64,000 bases of DNA, taken from assembly GCF_964194025.1 (NCBI RefSeq), contig NC_134474.1, positions 74,338,001 to 74,402,000 on the forward strand, written 5' to 3'. Numbering within the stretch: the first letter of the stretch is position 1; the number at the start of each line of letters is the position of its first letter. Below the pieces are notes generated by a model. That model was given only the letters and a program-made list of their open reading frames with translations. It had not been told where the DNA came from and did no database searches. This stretch comes from Convolutriloba macropyga. Its lineage: Eukaryota. The position numbers were made by a program, and so were the translations under genes. Positions 63,309-64,000 of the stretch are shown here, piece by piece.

Positions 63309-64000
63309 TATAATTGTAGCGTTATGATAATCCTACTTTCATCCATTAATCAATGGGTTATCGACCATGGGAGTTACTAACATAACTGATAATGAATTAT
63401 TATAACCAATATTACGATTTTGATGATAGCTCAATTCCACAACTTCGAATATAATAACTGAGATACGTAAATACGTGTGCATATATCGCACAATTAACTA
63501 GATAAGAGGAGGGGCGTTTGTTTGCGGCCAGACCGAAACACCTTTTGAGCTTATGATAAGTTTATGATTTCTACTGATCATCTCTTTTGGTCAATCCGTC
63601 ACTGAAACTAAACAAAGCTACTTGAGTTCGCATGAACTAAAGCTAACCAAGCCAACAGAAACTAATTAACAATTGAAAATAATATCGTTCACTAATTAAT
63701 TTAATTAAAAATTTTTGCTTCACTCACTTTGCCTTACTTTACTTCACTTTATTAATTATCCCTCCTGTTGTTATCTTTCTGGTCTAAAATGGCAGCTGAT
63801 GAAATGCTCAACAATTCAATTGATGAACAGGAAAAGCAAGTTAGTTATGATAACGGTTACAATAAAATTTACGGTTACAATAACGGTTACAATAAATTCG
63901 CCATTCTAAACCCCCTCTCCTCCCCAGAGGACAAATAAAAATCACACAATGGAAAATTTTAAAAAACAGCCGGACAAGTCCTGACCTACAATTCAAGTTT

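Overview
AT-rich, repeat-dense animal (invertebrate-like) genomic DNA with a scaffold gap at 10-296. The main feature is a 12,345-bp Polinton/Maverick (adintovirus-like endogenous virus) at 40910-53254, bounded by ~180-bp TIRs built on a 28-bp tandem repeat and flanked by a perfect 6-bp TSD (GACAAT). It encodes an RVE integrase, penton (PX), a basic core protein, hexon (PY), an adenain protease and a protein-primed PolB (N-terminal C2H2 fingers, OTU-like domain, EndoVII insert). No packaging ATPase is present and several genes are disrupted. Its unusual features are a GT-AG spliceosomal intron inside polB, a cluster of E2F/CHR sites upstream of polB, and an oppositely oriented two-gene module (PC4-like ssDNA-binding protein plus an HUH-motif protein lacking the catalytic Tyr). 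The element lies in intron 1 of a 5-exon minus-strand host gene resembling STMND1 (58415-18968). Also present are a 2-exon ARM-repeat gene (2630-5431), Gypsy and BEL remnants, two LINE fragments, a ~1.2-kb tandem repeat, and several MITE families, including GG-terminated MITEs with 8-bp TSDs that insert into or beside one another. All family assignments come from motif recognition by eye, not from database searches.
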